A DNA stretch of 64,000 nt, taken from a virus. Lineage: Duplodnaviria > Caudoviricetes. Positions within the stretch are counted from its first letter, which is position 1. Every line of letters begins with the position of its first letter. The notes beneath the pieces were generated by a model. That model saw only the letters and a program-made list of their open reading frames with translations, had not been told where the DNA came from and did no database searches. This document shows positions 38,594 to 48,135 of this stretch, piece by piece. The stretch spans positions 33,240-97,239 of IMG/VR virus record IMGVR_UViG_3300012983_000038, one strand, 5' to 3'. The translations under genes were made by a program, and so were the position numbers.

Positions 38594-40142
38594 TGAGGTT
38601 AACTATGGACTTAGCTATCATACATATGTTAGTGAGTCAGTAATTGGAGTAGAGAATTGTAGTAAAATAGCCTTTTTCGATTACAACTCTCTAACGGATA
38701 ATGATTTGTCTCTCAGCACAGGAACAATTAAGGAGTGTTTTGAGTATCTTAAGGAAAATTCTCTTTGTGTAATTTCAGAAAAGACGGATGATTTCTTTTT
38801 GTATGATAGTAAATATGGAGGATTTAACACTCTTATTTACTTAAGCGAAAATGAAAAACCTCAGGGATACACAACTTATAGTAACATTCAAGGCAGTAAA
38901 AATGATGTTAAGGTAAAATTAAGCTTTGAAATTAACTATAAAACTCTAGATAATTGCAAAATAGTTAACTCTCTCACTGAAATCATAAGAAATAATGATA
39001 ATAGAGACTTTACGGGAGATGAGCTTTATAACTTTACTGGATTAAAAGTTGCTATAGAATCTTTACCACAAGCTGAGAATAATTTTAGATATACTAGCTA
39101 CTTAAATTCTGTATTAAATTCTCCAGATCGTAGTAAATGTATCTCTTTAGGTAACAATTTCGTATTTAAAGAGGAAAATATAGTCAATTATGTAGGATTT
39201 AATCTTCTAAATAACATAGTATTAGATGAAAAGTTAACAGGTTTTGATCAATTTCAAGTAGGCTTTTATAATTCTGACGTCGTATTATATTCTTGGTGTA
39301 AAAACGAAGAACAAAACGAGTGGAGATATTATATTAGATCTATCCTGAAAACTAATAAATATGGAATACCTATCATCTATACTAAGTCTTATAACGGATA
39401 TTTTGTTATTAAGGAGGAAGGAGTTGATAAAGAGATTGAAGATATTGTTTTCTGTGCCAATAAATATATAATCTGCAAAATAAAAAATGAAGATGATTTT
39501 GCAATATTCGATTCTACTATAAATAAATGGCTAGATAAAAAAGAAAATTTCAATACTATCATCAACTCAGAGGCAATGACTAATGATGTTATTTGCTATG
39601 TTCCTAATAAAATAAAGCAGATCAAAGATATCAATAATTATATTCCTGACCTGCTTAATACTAAAATTATAACTGAAAAATATCTGGCTAAAAATACAGT
39701 AGAGTTAATTAGAAGAATAGATAATTGGTTTATTTTGAAGGAGTATGATTTCTTTACTGGCAATTATAAGTACCTTTTTGCTAATCATAAAAATAGTATA
39801 TGTGTAACCGAAGATGAAGTGATATTTAATAAAGTACATGTTTTAAATAGTCAAGTGTTAATAGTTGATGATGAGAATAAATATACTTTTTATGGCCTGG
39901 ATGATAACACTGAACTTGATACTGTATACTATTCAAATAAAGCTAAGCAAGTTTTTAAAATTAGTGAAGAAGAAAAGGGGAATATTGTAGAAGTTAAGAA
40001 AGATAGTTTAATAAAAGATGGAATACTTGAGAAATTTAGGAGAAATATGTATCCTGAAAATCTATCAAGTCTTCCTGAAATATTATGTTCCTTCTGTGGT
40101 CTTATATTTTATAGAGAAGATAACCTATTAAAAGTTTTATAG
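38583..40142 (+). CDS. Hypothetical (putative virion) protein
   Basis: 519-aa ORF overlapping the upstream stop. Confidence 0.6.
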   Translation: MANNEVNYGLSYHTYVSESVIGVENCSKIAFFDYNSLTDNDLSLSTGTIKECFEYLKENSLCVISEKTDDFFLYDSKYGGFNTLIYLSENEKPQGYTTYSNIQGSKNDVKVKLSFEINYKTLDNCKIVNSLTEIIRNNDNRDFTGDELYNFTGLKVAIESLPQAENNFRYTSYLNSVLNSPDRSKCISLGNNFVFKEENIVNYVGFNLLNNIVLDEKLTGFDQFQVGFYNSDVVLYSWCKNEEQNEWRYYIRSILKTNKYGIPIIYTKSYNGYFVIKEEGVDKEIEDIVFCANKYIICKIKNEDDFAIFDSTINKWLDKKENFNTIINSEAMTNDVICYVPNKIKQIKDINNYIPDLLNTKIITEKYLAKNTVELIRRIDNWFILKEYDFFTGNYKYLFANHKNSICVTEDEVIFNKVHVLNSQVLIVDDENKYTFYGLDDNTELDTVYYSNKAKQVFKISEEEKGNIVEVKKDSLIKDGILEKFRRNMYPENLSSLPEILCSFCGLIFYREDNLLKVL

Positions 40143-40147
40143 AAATC

Positions 40148-43100
40148 ATGGGTTTAGTTATTTATAAAAAGCAGTTCATAGATGACTGTAAGAATTGTGA
40201 TAGTATAATAGAGTTTGTAAGCTATTCTGTTTCTAATAGTAACTTATTATTTGATGAAGGGTTTGATTCTAATACCTACAAAGTTAAAGTTATTGTAAGT
40301 GGGGATAGTTTTAGAATTAATATAGACAATGTAAAAGTAGATAAATGTACTGCTATTTACATATTTTATAAATTATCTGGACATTCTGATATAAAACCTG
40401 CATTCGTTATTTCTGATAAGTATGAGAATGGTGAATTAAGGGGCAAATTAGTATTAAACAGTAGCAATAATATCTTTAATGTCAAAATTAATAAGGATAT
40501 TAATAAAAACTGTTCATTTATCTGTAACAATTTAGGACAAGATATAGAATACTTGGAGAATAATTGCAATGATAATGGTAAAAATATATTCTCTGCTATT
40601 AAAGAAGATCCTAGTAATTTAAAAGATACTGATACTGTTTCTAAATACACTTTCAATCAATATATAATAGAGCAAAATTCTAAGAGATGTCATAAATCTA
40701 GTTTTGAAAGTATAGATTTTAACGGACAATTTAAGAGAGGAGCTTTTTTATATAAAGTGTACAAGAATATTACCTGTGAAATTAACGGAGTAGATAATAG
40801 CTTGAATGTATTAGTAAAAACAGAACTAAACTCTAATATTGCTGAAGGAGAATTTGAAACTGTTGATATTAATGGCACGGTAGAATTTGATGTATTTGAG
40901 GTTATTGATGGAAAATTATCTGAGGAGCCTGCATATTCTGGTACCGACTCTGTTAAAAATGTGCCTGAACTTTTAATAGAGTGTGTGGAAAAATCTAGTA
41001 ACTTCAATTATAATATAGAAAATTATAGTAAAGTTATAGAATACTCAAATCCATCTGTCAGTACTATTACTCCATATGGTATATTTAAACTTACTATTGA
41101 ACAAAAAGACTTCTATAGTAATGAATCTTATAAAATAGAATCTAAGCGTATAAAACTGATTCAAAAAGATTATGATGGAAACTGGTACATTCCTTCTAAC
41201 TATTACGAAAATAAAATTCCACTAATACTAAACGATAATTATGGAGGAAGTAGTGGGACATCTTTCCTGTTCTTCTTACATACAGACTTAGTTGGGGAAT
41301 ATGATATTAATAGAGATGGAATTAGTGAGGATGAATTAGAAAACTTTATACTTGATCTAAAAGAAAATATTAAGTTTGAGTATGAGAATGAAGATCTATT
41401 TAAAACATTCATTGAAGTTAATATCTCTTCTGATTCACTAGACTGGAGAAATGTTTTAGTTGATGGCACATGTAAAATACCTTTTAGATACAAATTTATT
41501 CAAGGACAAAATACTTCTACTACAAATTGGGTCCCTTGGATAGAAGACAATAATAAAGGTGATAAAATTTCTACATTAACTAAGCTGATCATAAAGTATA
41601 AAGATTACTCAGCTCCGGTCTATATCATTCAAAAAGCATTACAAGAACAAGAAATCAGTAGCCTTAAGTTGTTTTATGAGGATGGATCTGAAGTAATAAA
41701 TAATAAAATCTCTTTCAAAAATAACGAAACAGAGAAAAAATTATACTTCTCTACTACTGAAACTTCTAATAATGAATCTGAATCTGCTTATTGTTATTGG
41801 AAAGTTCTATGTAATAATAATCCTTCTGTTAGTTTTCTTCCTAATAATTATGGAAAAATATTAATTGGAAATGAGGATAAAAGCAATTGTCTATTCAGCT
41901 TAAAGTGCAATTATGAAGGCTGGGAAGATTTTGATAGTAGCGAAATTCAAATAGTTAGAAGCAAAGATGAAGATAAAGATGTTTCAGAGAATAGATCAGC
42001 TACTTGGAGAGAAGAAGCGCTTAACCTGAATAACTCCCTTTATAAATTCTCAGTACATAAAGACCGTTATACTCCTGAAATAGAAATCGTAGGAAGTAAA
42101 GAAGTAAGTATTAATAAACTCGGACTGTTAACATTTAAAGTAAAATCAAATACTCCTTTTTATGTTGATATGTGTGCTGGTTTAAATGACTTCAATGAGG
42201 ATGGTGTTGCTGATTCGTATCTCGCAAATGGAGCAACGACAGGAGGTAATTACGGACATTCTGAAAATTTAGGGTTTACTGGTCAAGAAGAATTATATGG
42301 GCGAGTAATAGTAAATGATAGTGGAGATATAATACAAACTCACGAATTGGATCAAACCTCTTGTTTTAGTAAATGGAAAGGTGAGGGATGTTATTATAGT
42401 ACGAATCCAGTTGTCATGAGCGAAAGAGAGTCAGTAAATCATTTCTTTAACGGAGACTTTGATAGTGACTCTGAAATACGCTCAACAAGTAAGGATTCAA
42501 TTTATAATAATAGATTCTTAGTTAGTGATTTCGACAATGAAAAGGGTGTAGAAGTTACTATATTAAGAAAAGAACTAGGATATGGAAAAGGTCAAAGAAA
42601 AGTTACAGATACCAACATTCTAGATCCATATCAATATATTTATCCTTCAAAAATATACGTCTACTCAAACAAAGATTATAAGAAGTTTGATAGTATTAAG
42701 TATATTATAAAAGACGGATGTTATGATCTAGACAAAACTCCACACAATGATGAATATAATCAAGAGGGATATATAAATAAGGATAGTAAAATTATTAAAA
42801 AAATTACTTGTAAATATTTATATAAGGGAGAGCTTGTTTATACGCTAACTGATGACAACCTTGGAGAAATTTGGAATAATAATAAAAAGAATATAGATAA
42901 GTATTTATTCTTTCCTAATAATGACTTTGAAGCTATTATTGAGGTAGAGGCAAATGGTTTATGTAGACGGCCTGGAATATTCGATCTAACTAATAAAGTC
43001 GATTTTAAATTTACTAAACTGGCTCCTAACTTTAATAGCGACGGAGAACTACTACACTATGAAGTAAGAATAAAACCTAACACTACTAAAGACACTATAT

Positions 43101-45466
43101 CATCTTCATTTATCATTTCCAGCTCTTTATACGTCGATAACAAGTCACAAATAGATGTTGATTATAATTACATAAAATTCCACTTATTATACAGTACTAA
43201 AAGAATAACTAGTATAAGTGTAGATGGATCTAGCTTTAGTGGAGTGCATGGAAATGAAGTAGATGTTCCTACCTCTATTACTAATGAGGGATTGCTGAAA
43301 GAATTTAGAGTAGACTCGGATCCAAAAATAGGTATATCAGGTTATCCAGCAATTAGTAAGATTAATGTAGGTGGAGGTAATTTATCTAATCTATCGCTGA
43401 ATCAACTTCATCTTACAGACGGCACAGCTACTTTTAAATATTACGGTACTTATAAAAACACGGGATTTGCAGGTAATATTAATACGGTAGCAGATTCTTA
43501 CAACTTTTCTATCTCAGCTCAAAAAAGTTCTAGTGAGAGCGATCAAGAGTATTATGGAAGAGTTATTCTAGATATGTTCGGGAATGATATAGAAAATCCT
43601 GACATTTATACTACTGATTATGAATACGAGAATAGTAGATTGAATGAGAATCTAGCCTGTAAAAAGTTTATAGCCTGGAGAAAGACTATTCCTAATATAA
43701 ATAATTATGAAAGCTTCTTAAATACAATGAAGAAGTTGGCTATTGATTGTATAGGGAATAGTTACTACTGCCTCGTAAAAGATAATTTAGATAGTGAGAA
43801 GGCATTTAGTTTCGGTGAAGAGACGAATCTAAAAGTAAATTTCACATATCATAATGTTGAAAATAGTCTTAATATTAGCCCTTCTGTTATTGATATAGAT
43901 GGCGGAAGGATGAAATTTACAGCTAGTTGGAGAAATACTGAAGGGATAGTAGAAGGGGTTAAGCAATTAGAATCTAATATTACCAATTACGAGAATAGTA
44001 GAGGAGGCTGTACTATAGATAAAAAAAATAATGAAATCACGGTACCAAGTAGACTATATTATACCCAAGAAATTGCCAATAAAAAGTATAAATTCCTTTT
44101 ATTTGGGGAGGATAGGGACAATGAATATACAAATTATATAGGAGATATTGATTTTTTATTCAACTATACTCAGAAAAAGGGTGATTATATAGTCAGGAAA
44201 GATTCTGTAAATTTAAAACAATTAGGTTATTCAAATTGTTTAATATTAAAAGACATCAATTCCCCACAAAATTATTACGCGTACTTTAATGATGATTCCC
44301 ACAAGATGAAATGTTCTGCTAAAGGTGAGGATACATCTATTTCATTATTTGGAGGCGTATTTGAATTAGAGAAAGAAAAAGAAATTGAAAAAGGAAAAGA
44401 AGTAGGAATTTTTAAAGTAGATGATAGAACTAGTGAAGATGTTATAGTAAGTTCTAATGCATCTAGTAATTGGGATGAGGATAATGTAACAATTCACTTC
44501 CCAGCTAATAGATCAAATAAAGAAATTACTAGATCTATATTACTTGGTGACGTAGACGATATTCATAAAGTAAGTATAGAACTAACACAAGGTCCTGCAG
44601 ATGATAAATTTACTTCTGAATTATCTGGACCACTATATCTATTAAGTGACGGAAGATTATTTGTAGAGAATGATATTAGTACTTTTAAATTTACTACAGC
44701 TATTCCAAAAAGTGATTTAATGTTGACTTGTAAAATAGGTGAAGAGGAGATAGAACTAGATTTACCAGCACCAGAAGAATTAATTGACGGTACCTATAAG
44801 TATGATCTAGAACTACAATTGCCTCCTAATCTAACTAACAAAGAGAGAGAAGTTGATATCACTTTTTATAAAATCTATTCGAAGTTAGGAGAAAAATATA
44901 TAGTTAAAAATTTCAAATGTTACCAGGGTTATTATTCTCTTAGTGTTTATGATGCAAATGATCTTGTAAATAAATACTTGTACAATAACCTTAATAATGT
45001 CGTAACACTTAATGAGAATGGAGTTGAAATTTCTAGTCCTTTTTCTGATCGCCACAAGTTTAAATTAGAATTGAGCAGGAGAGAGTATTATTTCGACAAG
45101 AGTAATAATAAATATAAACTTCAAAGTAATCCAACCGTGTACAAATCTTGGAGCGATTACTTAGATGATGATTTTGACTTGATAAAATTATATAGTAGCG
45201 TAGCAAATAATAATATAATAGATTCTACATTACTTATAAATGAGCTGGATGATATAGAAATGGGTAATTCTGATCATGTTAACTTCCTTCCATATTTGTA
45301 CTGCACTTATTCTAAATTTGATAAAGGAATAGGAGCTAATATTGATGTAAATGTAGAAATATTGGCAAGATTTAAGATGATGCCAGAATTAAGTGAAAAC
45401 ATTACTAATTATCTAAACTCTAAATCTATTAAGTTTGGTCTAATCCTAAAATTTAAAGCAAGCTAG
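40148..45466 (+). CDS. Large beta-rich virion protein, probably tandem Ig-like/BACON-like domains
   Basis: 1772 aa; motifs VTIHFPANRSNKEITRSI..IELTQG and LQLPPNLTNKEREVDITF..YQG resemble BACON repeats. Confidence 0.5.
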   Translation: MGLVIYKKQFIDDCKNCDSIIEFVSYSVSNSNLLFDEGFDSNTYKVKVIVSGDSFRINIDNVKVDKCTAIYIFYKLSGHSDIKPAFVISDKYENGELRGKLVLNSSNNIFNVKINKDINKNCSFICNNLGQDIEYLENNCNDNGKNIFSAIKEDPSNLKDTDTVSKYTFNQYIIEQNSKRCHKSSFESIDFNGQFKRGAFLYKVYKNITCEINGVDNSLNVLVKTELNSNIAEGEFETVDINGTVEFDVFEVIDGKLSEEPAYSGTDSVKNVPELLIECVEKSSNFNYNIENYSKVIEYSNPSVSTITPYGIFKLTIEQKDFYSNESYKIESKRIKLIQKDYDGNWYIPSNYYENKIPLILNDNYGGSSGTSFLFFLHTDLVGEYDINRDGISEDELENFILDLKENIKFEYENEDLFKTFIEVNISSDSLDWRNVLVDGTCKIPFRYKFIQGQNTSTTNWVPWIEDNNKGDKISTLTKLIIKYKDYSAPVYIIQKALQEQEISSLKLFYEDGSEVINNKISFKNNETEKKLYFSTTETSNNESESAYCYWKVLCNNNPSVSFLPNNYGKILIGNEDKSNCLFSLKCNYEGWEDFDSSEIQIVRSKDEDKDVSENRSATWREEALNLNNSLYKFSVHKDRYTPEIEIVGSKEVSINKLGLLTFKVKSNTPFYVDMCAGLNDFNEDGVADSYLANGATTGGNYGHSENLGFTGQEELYGRVIVNDSGDIIQTHELDQTSCFSKWKGEGCYYSTNPVVMSERESVNHFFNGDFDSDSEIRSTSKDSIYNNRFLVSDFDNEKGVEVTILRKELGYGKGQRKVTDTNILDPYQYIYPSKIYVYSNKDYKKFDSIKYIIKDGCYDLDKTPHNDEYNQEGYINKDSKIIKKITCKYLYKGELVYTLTDDNLGEIWNNNKKNIDKYLFFPNNDFEAIIEVEANGLCRRPGIFDLTNKVDFKFTKLAPNFNSDGELLHYEVRIKPNTTKDTISSSFIISSSLYVDNKSQIDVDYNYIKFHLLYSTKRITSISVDGSSFSGVHGNEVDVPTSITNEGLLKEFRVDSDPKIGISGYPAISKINVGGGNLSNLSLNQLHLTDGTATFKYYGTYKNTGFAGNINTVADSYNFSISAQKSSSESDQEYYGRVILDMFGNDIENPDIYTTDYEYENSRLNENLACKKFIAWRKTIPNINNYESFLNTMKKLAIDCIGNSYYCLVKDNLDSEKAFSFGEETNLKVNFTYHNVENSLNISPSVIDIDGGRMKFTASWRNTEGIVEGVKQLESNITNYENSRGGCTIDKKNNEITVPSRLYYTQEIANKKYKFLLFGEDRDNEYTNYIGDIDFLFNYTQKKGDYIVRKDSVNLKQLGYSNCLILKDINSPQNYYAYFNDDSHKMKCSAKGEDTSISLFGGVFELEKEKEIEKGKEVGIFKVDDRTSEDVIVSSNASSNWDEDNVTIHFPANRSNKEITRSILLGDVDDIHKVSIELTQGPADDKFTSELSGPLYLLSDGRLFVENDISTFKFTTAIPKSDLMLTCKIGEEEIELDLPAPEELIDGTYKYDLELQLPPNLTNKEREVDITFYKIYSKLGEKYIVKNFKCYQGYYSLSVYDANDLVNKYLYNNLNNVVTLNENGVEISSPFSDRHKFKLELSRREYYFDKSNNKYKLQSNPTVYKSWSDYLDDDFDLIKLYSSVANNNIIDSTLLINELDDIEMGNSDHVNFLPYLYCTYSKFDKGIGANIDVNVEILARFKMMPELSENITNYLNSKSIKFGLILKFKAS

Positions 45467-45472
45467 TTTTTT

Positions 45473-46183
45473 ATGTTCAATCGTATTAAAGATATTGTAC
45501 AGATTATAATTGAGCTGGATGAATCAATTGGCTTTAAAAAAGTTGTCAAATATGTTCTTTTCGGCTTATTTATATTAGGAATCTTTAATATCAAGACCGT
45601 TACAAAGACGTGTATTGAGTTTATTTCAGATTTATCAGAGGAAATTCATAATGAGAAAATGGCTAAACGTGATGAATTGCTTTTTGAACTTCAGCCTATT
45701 TTACGTAGCTTTATGAATGAGAGAGGTATTAATGCTGATCGAATCCTCTACTTTGAATATCACAACTCTAAAGAAAATCTAGTAGGTATCCCATTTAAAT
45801 ACGTAGATCTAGTTCTTCAAGTATCTAGCTACGGTGTGCCTAGTGTAAAAGAGTCTGATTTTAAAGATATCAATGTTGGAATGATTTCTACTCTATACGA
45901 AGACATTAAATTCGGAGAAACTGTCCACTATAGAGGAATGAATGATAGTATTTTTCTTAATAAGTATCATGGTGTATATGATATTTTTGAAAAGGATCAA
46001 TCATCTGAGAAATTATTTATATCAATACCTGGAATTACTCAGCCAATAGGATTAATTGTGCTTGAGTGGTTTAGTAGAGGTAATGAAGAGAGTGAAGAAG
46101 GCAGAATTAATGTATGTACTGTTAACGATGTAGCAGATAAGTATATACCTAGAATCAATGCATTAATTATGTCTAAAAACTAA
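45473..46183 (+). CDS. Putative holin, T4 gpT-like (single TM + periplasmic GAF-like domain)
   Basis: 236 aa; TM YVLFGLFILGIFNI; ADRILYFEYHNS..GIPFKY..PIGLIVLEW. Confidence 0.6.
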   Translation: MFNRIKDIVQIIIELDESIGFKKVVKYVLFGLFILGIFNIKTVTKTCIEFISDLSEEIHNEKMAKRDELLFELQPILRSFMNERGINADRILYFEYHNSKENLVGIPFKYVDLVLQVSSYGVPSVKESDFKDINVGMISTLYEDIKFGETVHYRGMNDSIFLNKYHGVYDIFEKDQSSEKLFISIPGITQPIGLIVLEWFSRGNEESEEGRINVCTVNDVADKYIPRINALIMSKN

Positions 46184-46204
46184 AATAAACTAAATTAATT
46201 TATT

Positions 46205-46915
46205 ATGTCAGAAGTTAATAACAACGACGTATTCTACACAGAGCAAGGTTATGTTTTGGAGGTGTCAGGAGATGAGTCAATTGTGAAGCCTATTGAATTG
46301 TCCTCAGATGCTGAAGTTCAATTGTCAAAAGTAAAACCTAATTTGGAAAAAGTATTCTGGCCTAACGGAGAAGTTACTAGCCGTTTCTGCCAAGTTTACG
46401 GAGTACAAGGACCTTACCCTGGTGGATACTTGAGTGATTTTGCTATTATGGTAAAAGCTGCAGGTTTCCCATTTGAAGGCCCTGTTACTAAATGGGAGGC
46501 TGTAAAAGGTGAAAAAGAAGGTGTTATCTATACTTTGAAAGGTACAGTAGAAGTAGCAGTAGAGAATATTCCACAATCTGTACAAGACTTGGCTGTTCTT
46601 ATTGTCGATGGTAAAGAGTGGTCAAATGCTGTTGGAACTTTGGCTAATGGTATCGATTTCTGTGACACAAAAACTCACGAGATCTGTATCCGCTTTACTT
46701 CAGAGATTCGTGCATACTTTACTGTAACCCCCGTAGTAGTTGAGGAGGAAGCTGATATCAATGTTGACGAGACTCCTGCAGGTAAGGTTCAACTTGAGGA
46801 AGAGGGAACAACTGAAACTCCATCTAATGAGCCAACAGGAGACGATACTACTGAAGAGGAACAAGGACCAAAAGAGGAGCCATTAGATCCAGTAGATCCA
46901 GAAACTGGGGCATAA
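46205..46915 (+). CDS. Hypothetical abundant virion protein with acidic Pro/Glu tail
   Basis: 236 aa; codon usage typical of highly expressed genes; followed by a terminator. Confidence 0.5.
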   Translation: MSEVNNNDVFYTEQGYVLEVSGDESIVKPIELSSDAEVQLSKVKPNLEKVFWPNGEVTSRFCQVYGVQGPYPGGYLSDFAIMVKAAGFPFEGPVTKWEAVKGEKEGVIYTLKGTVEVAVENIPQSVQDLAVLIVDGKEWSNAVGTLANGIDFCDTKTHEICIRFTSEIRAYFTVTPVVVEEEADINVDETPAGKVQLEEEGTTETPSNEPTGDDTTEEEQGPKEEPLDPVDPETGA

Positions 46916-46942
46916 TAGAAGATATTGTCTCTAAAATTTAAT

Positions 46943-46999
46943 AGAGTGGAGAGCTTGACTAGTAAAATATGATAGCAATCCACTCTTTATTTTTATTTA
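46943..46999 (+). terminator. Intrinsic terminator
   Basis: AGAGTGGA / TCCACTCT followed by TTATTTTTATTT. Confidence 0.55.
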
Positions 47000-47001
47000 T
47001 C

Positions 47002-48135
47002 ATGGAAGCAAAGAAAACTTTAATAAGAATAGCTAGAAGTAAAAGCGAGAATAAAGAAATCGCATTAATAAAATTAGATAAGTTCAATCACGAAGAAGGT
47101 CAACCTGTTTTATCTATTTATGACAAGGAAGATGGTGGTTTAGATGCTATTACTGCTGTAGGTATTAAAAATGGAGTTGGAAGAGATTGTTACTCTATTA
47201 TTTCTACTTCTGGATATTTTGTAGTTAATGAGGTATTTTTTCACAGACTTCCAGACGTTGCAGAATTAATAAACAACGGAATATATCTAAGTAAAGGCGA
47301 GGATGATAAATGGTGTATTACGGAAATTGATGATAAAGGTATAGCAAGAAAACCTAATTATGATATACCTGATCAAAGCATTTATTTAGAATTAAGTAGT
47401 GGATTTAGATGGTTCTTTAAAAATAATGAGCCAGTAAGAGAAGATGATTTCCTTACTCCAAATAAAATCCAAGAACTAGTAAAAGACTCTATATTAAAAA
47501 CCATTTCTACTAATATATCAGCTAGTATATATGAAATTAATGGTGTTAAGGCGATTAATGCAAAGGGAACTGTAATATCTGATCTAACTTTTAAAATTTC
47601 AGTAACAGATTTAGCAGGAAATGATGTAACTAATGACTGCTTTATTGAAATTTATAATGAAACTTTTAATAGATTAGAAGAGATGAGATATATTTCTGAT
47701 GACGGGGAATATACTATCTACGGTGATCATGATACTACTACAACTTTTACTATTAAATCTATATTCAAAACTGGAGATAATAGCGAAGTTTCTTGTAGTA
47801 CTAGCGTTGATCTTATATTTGCTGATTGTACTCTATATGGTACTATTAGTGATAATGAAACTGAATTAAATAACGGAAATGCAATTAGTCAACTTTATAT
47901 AGGAACTGGTGATCTTATTATAAATACAGACCTAGATAAACAGAGACTAGTCGTAAAAGTTCCTGCTGCATATAAAAAATTTAGTCATATATTCGACATA
48001 CACGGAATAGATTACATTAATGACTATGCAATAACTGAAGAAACTATTGATAATGTTACTTATAATGTGTATACTTTAATAGATAACATTAGAATAACTA
48101 ACTTTAAGCAAATATTTACGTATCGTGAGCAATAA
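47002..48135 (+). CDS. Fibre anchor/adaptor protein, N-terminal paralog of 54254..55684
   Basis: Likely start ATG 47002 (the track start 46969 lies inside the terminator); GQPVLSIY..AVGIKNGVGRDCYSII..PDVAEL matches GEPAIVRY..VLGIKDGKGPDCYTIT..PDVSEL. Confidence 0.6.
   Translation: MEAKKTLIRIARSKSENKEIALIKLDKFNHEEGQPVLSIYDKEDGGLDAITAVGIKNGVGRDCYSIISTSGYFVVNEVFFHRLPDVAELINNGIYLSKGEDDKWCITEIDDKGIARKPNYDIPDQSIYLELSSGFRWFFKNNEPVREDDFLTPNKIQELVKDSILKTISTNISASIYEINGVKAINAKGTVISDLTFKISVTDLAGNDVTNDCFIEIYNETFNRLEEMRYISDDGEYTIYGDHDTTTTFTIKSIFKTGDNSEVSCSTSVDLIFADCTLYGTISDNETELNNGNAISQLYIGTGDLIINTDLDKQRLVVKVPAAYKKFSHIFDIHGIDYINDYAITEETIDNVTYNVYTLIDNIRITNFKQIFTYREQ

Noticed and set aside
36700-45475. TAG stops at 36700-36702 and 45464-45466 are each followed in frame, 6 nt later, by the next gene's ATG, suggesting amber recoding or readthrough
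   Set aside because: Long ORFs contain no internal TAG, coding density is already complete under code 11, the third TAG (40140-40142) is out of frame with the next gene, and fusing a holin to a 1772-aa structural protein is implausible
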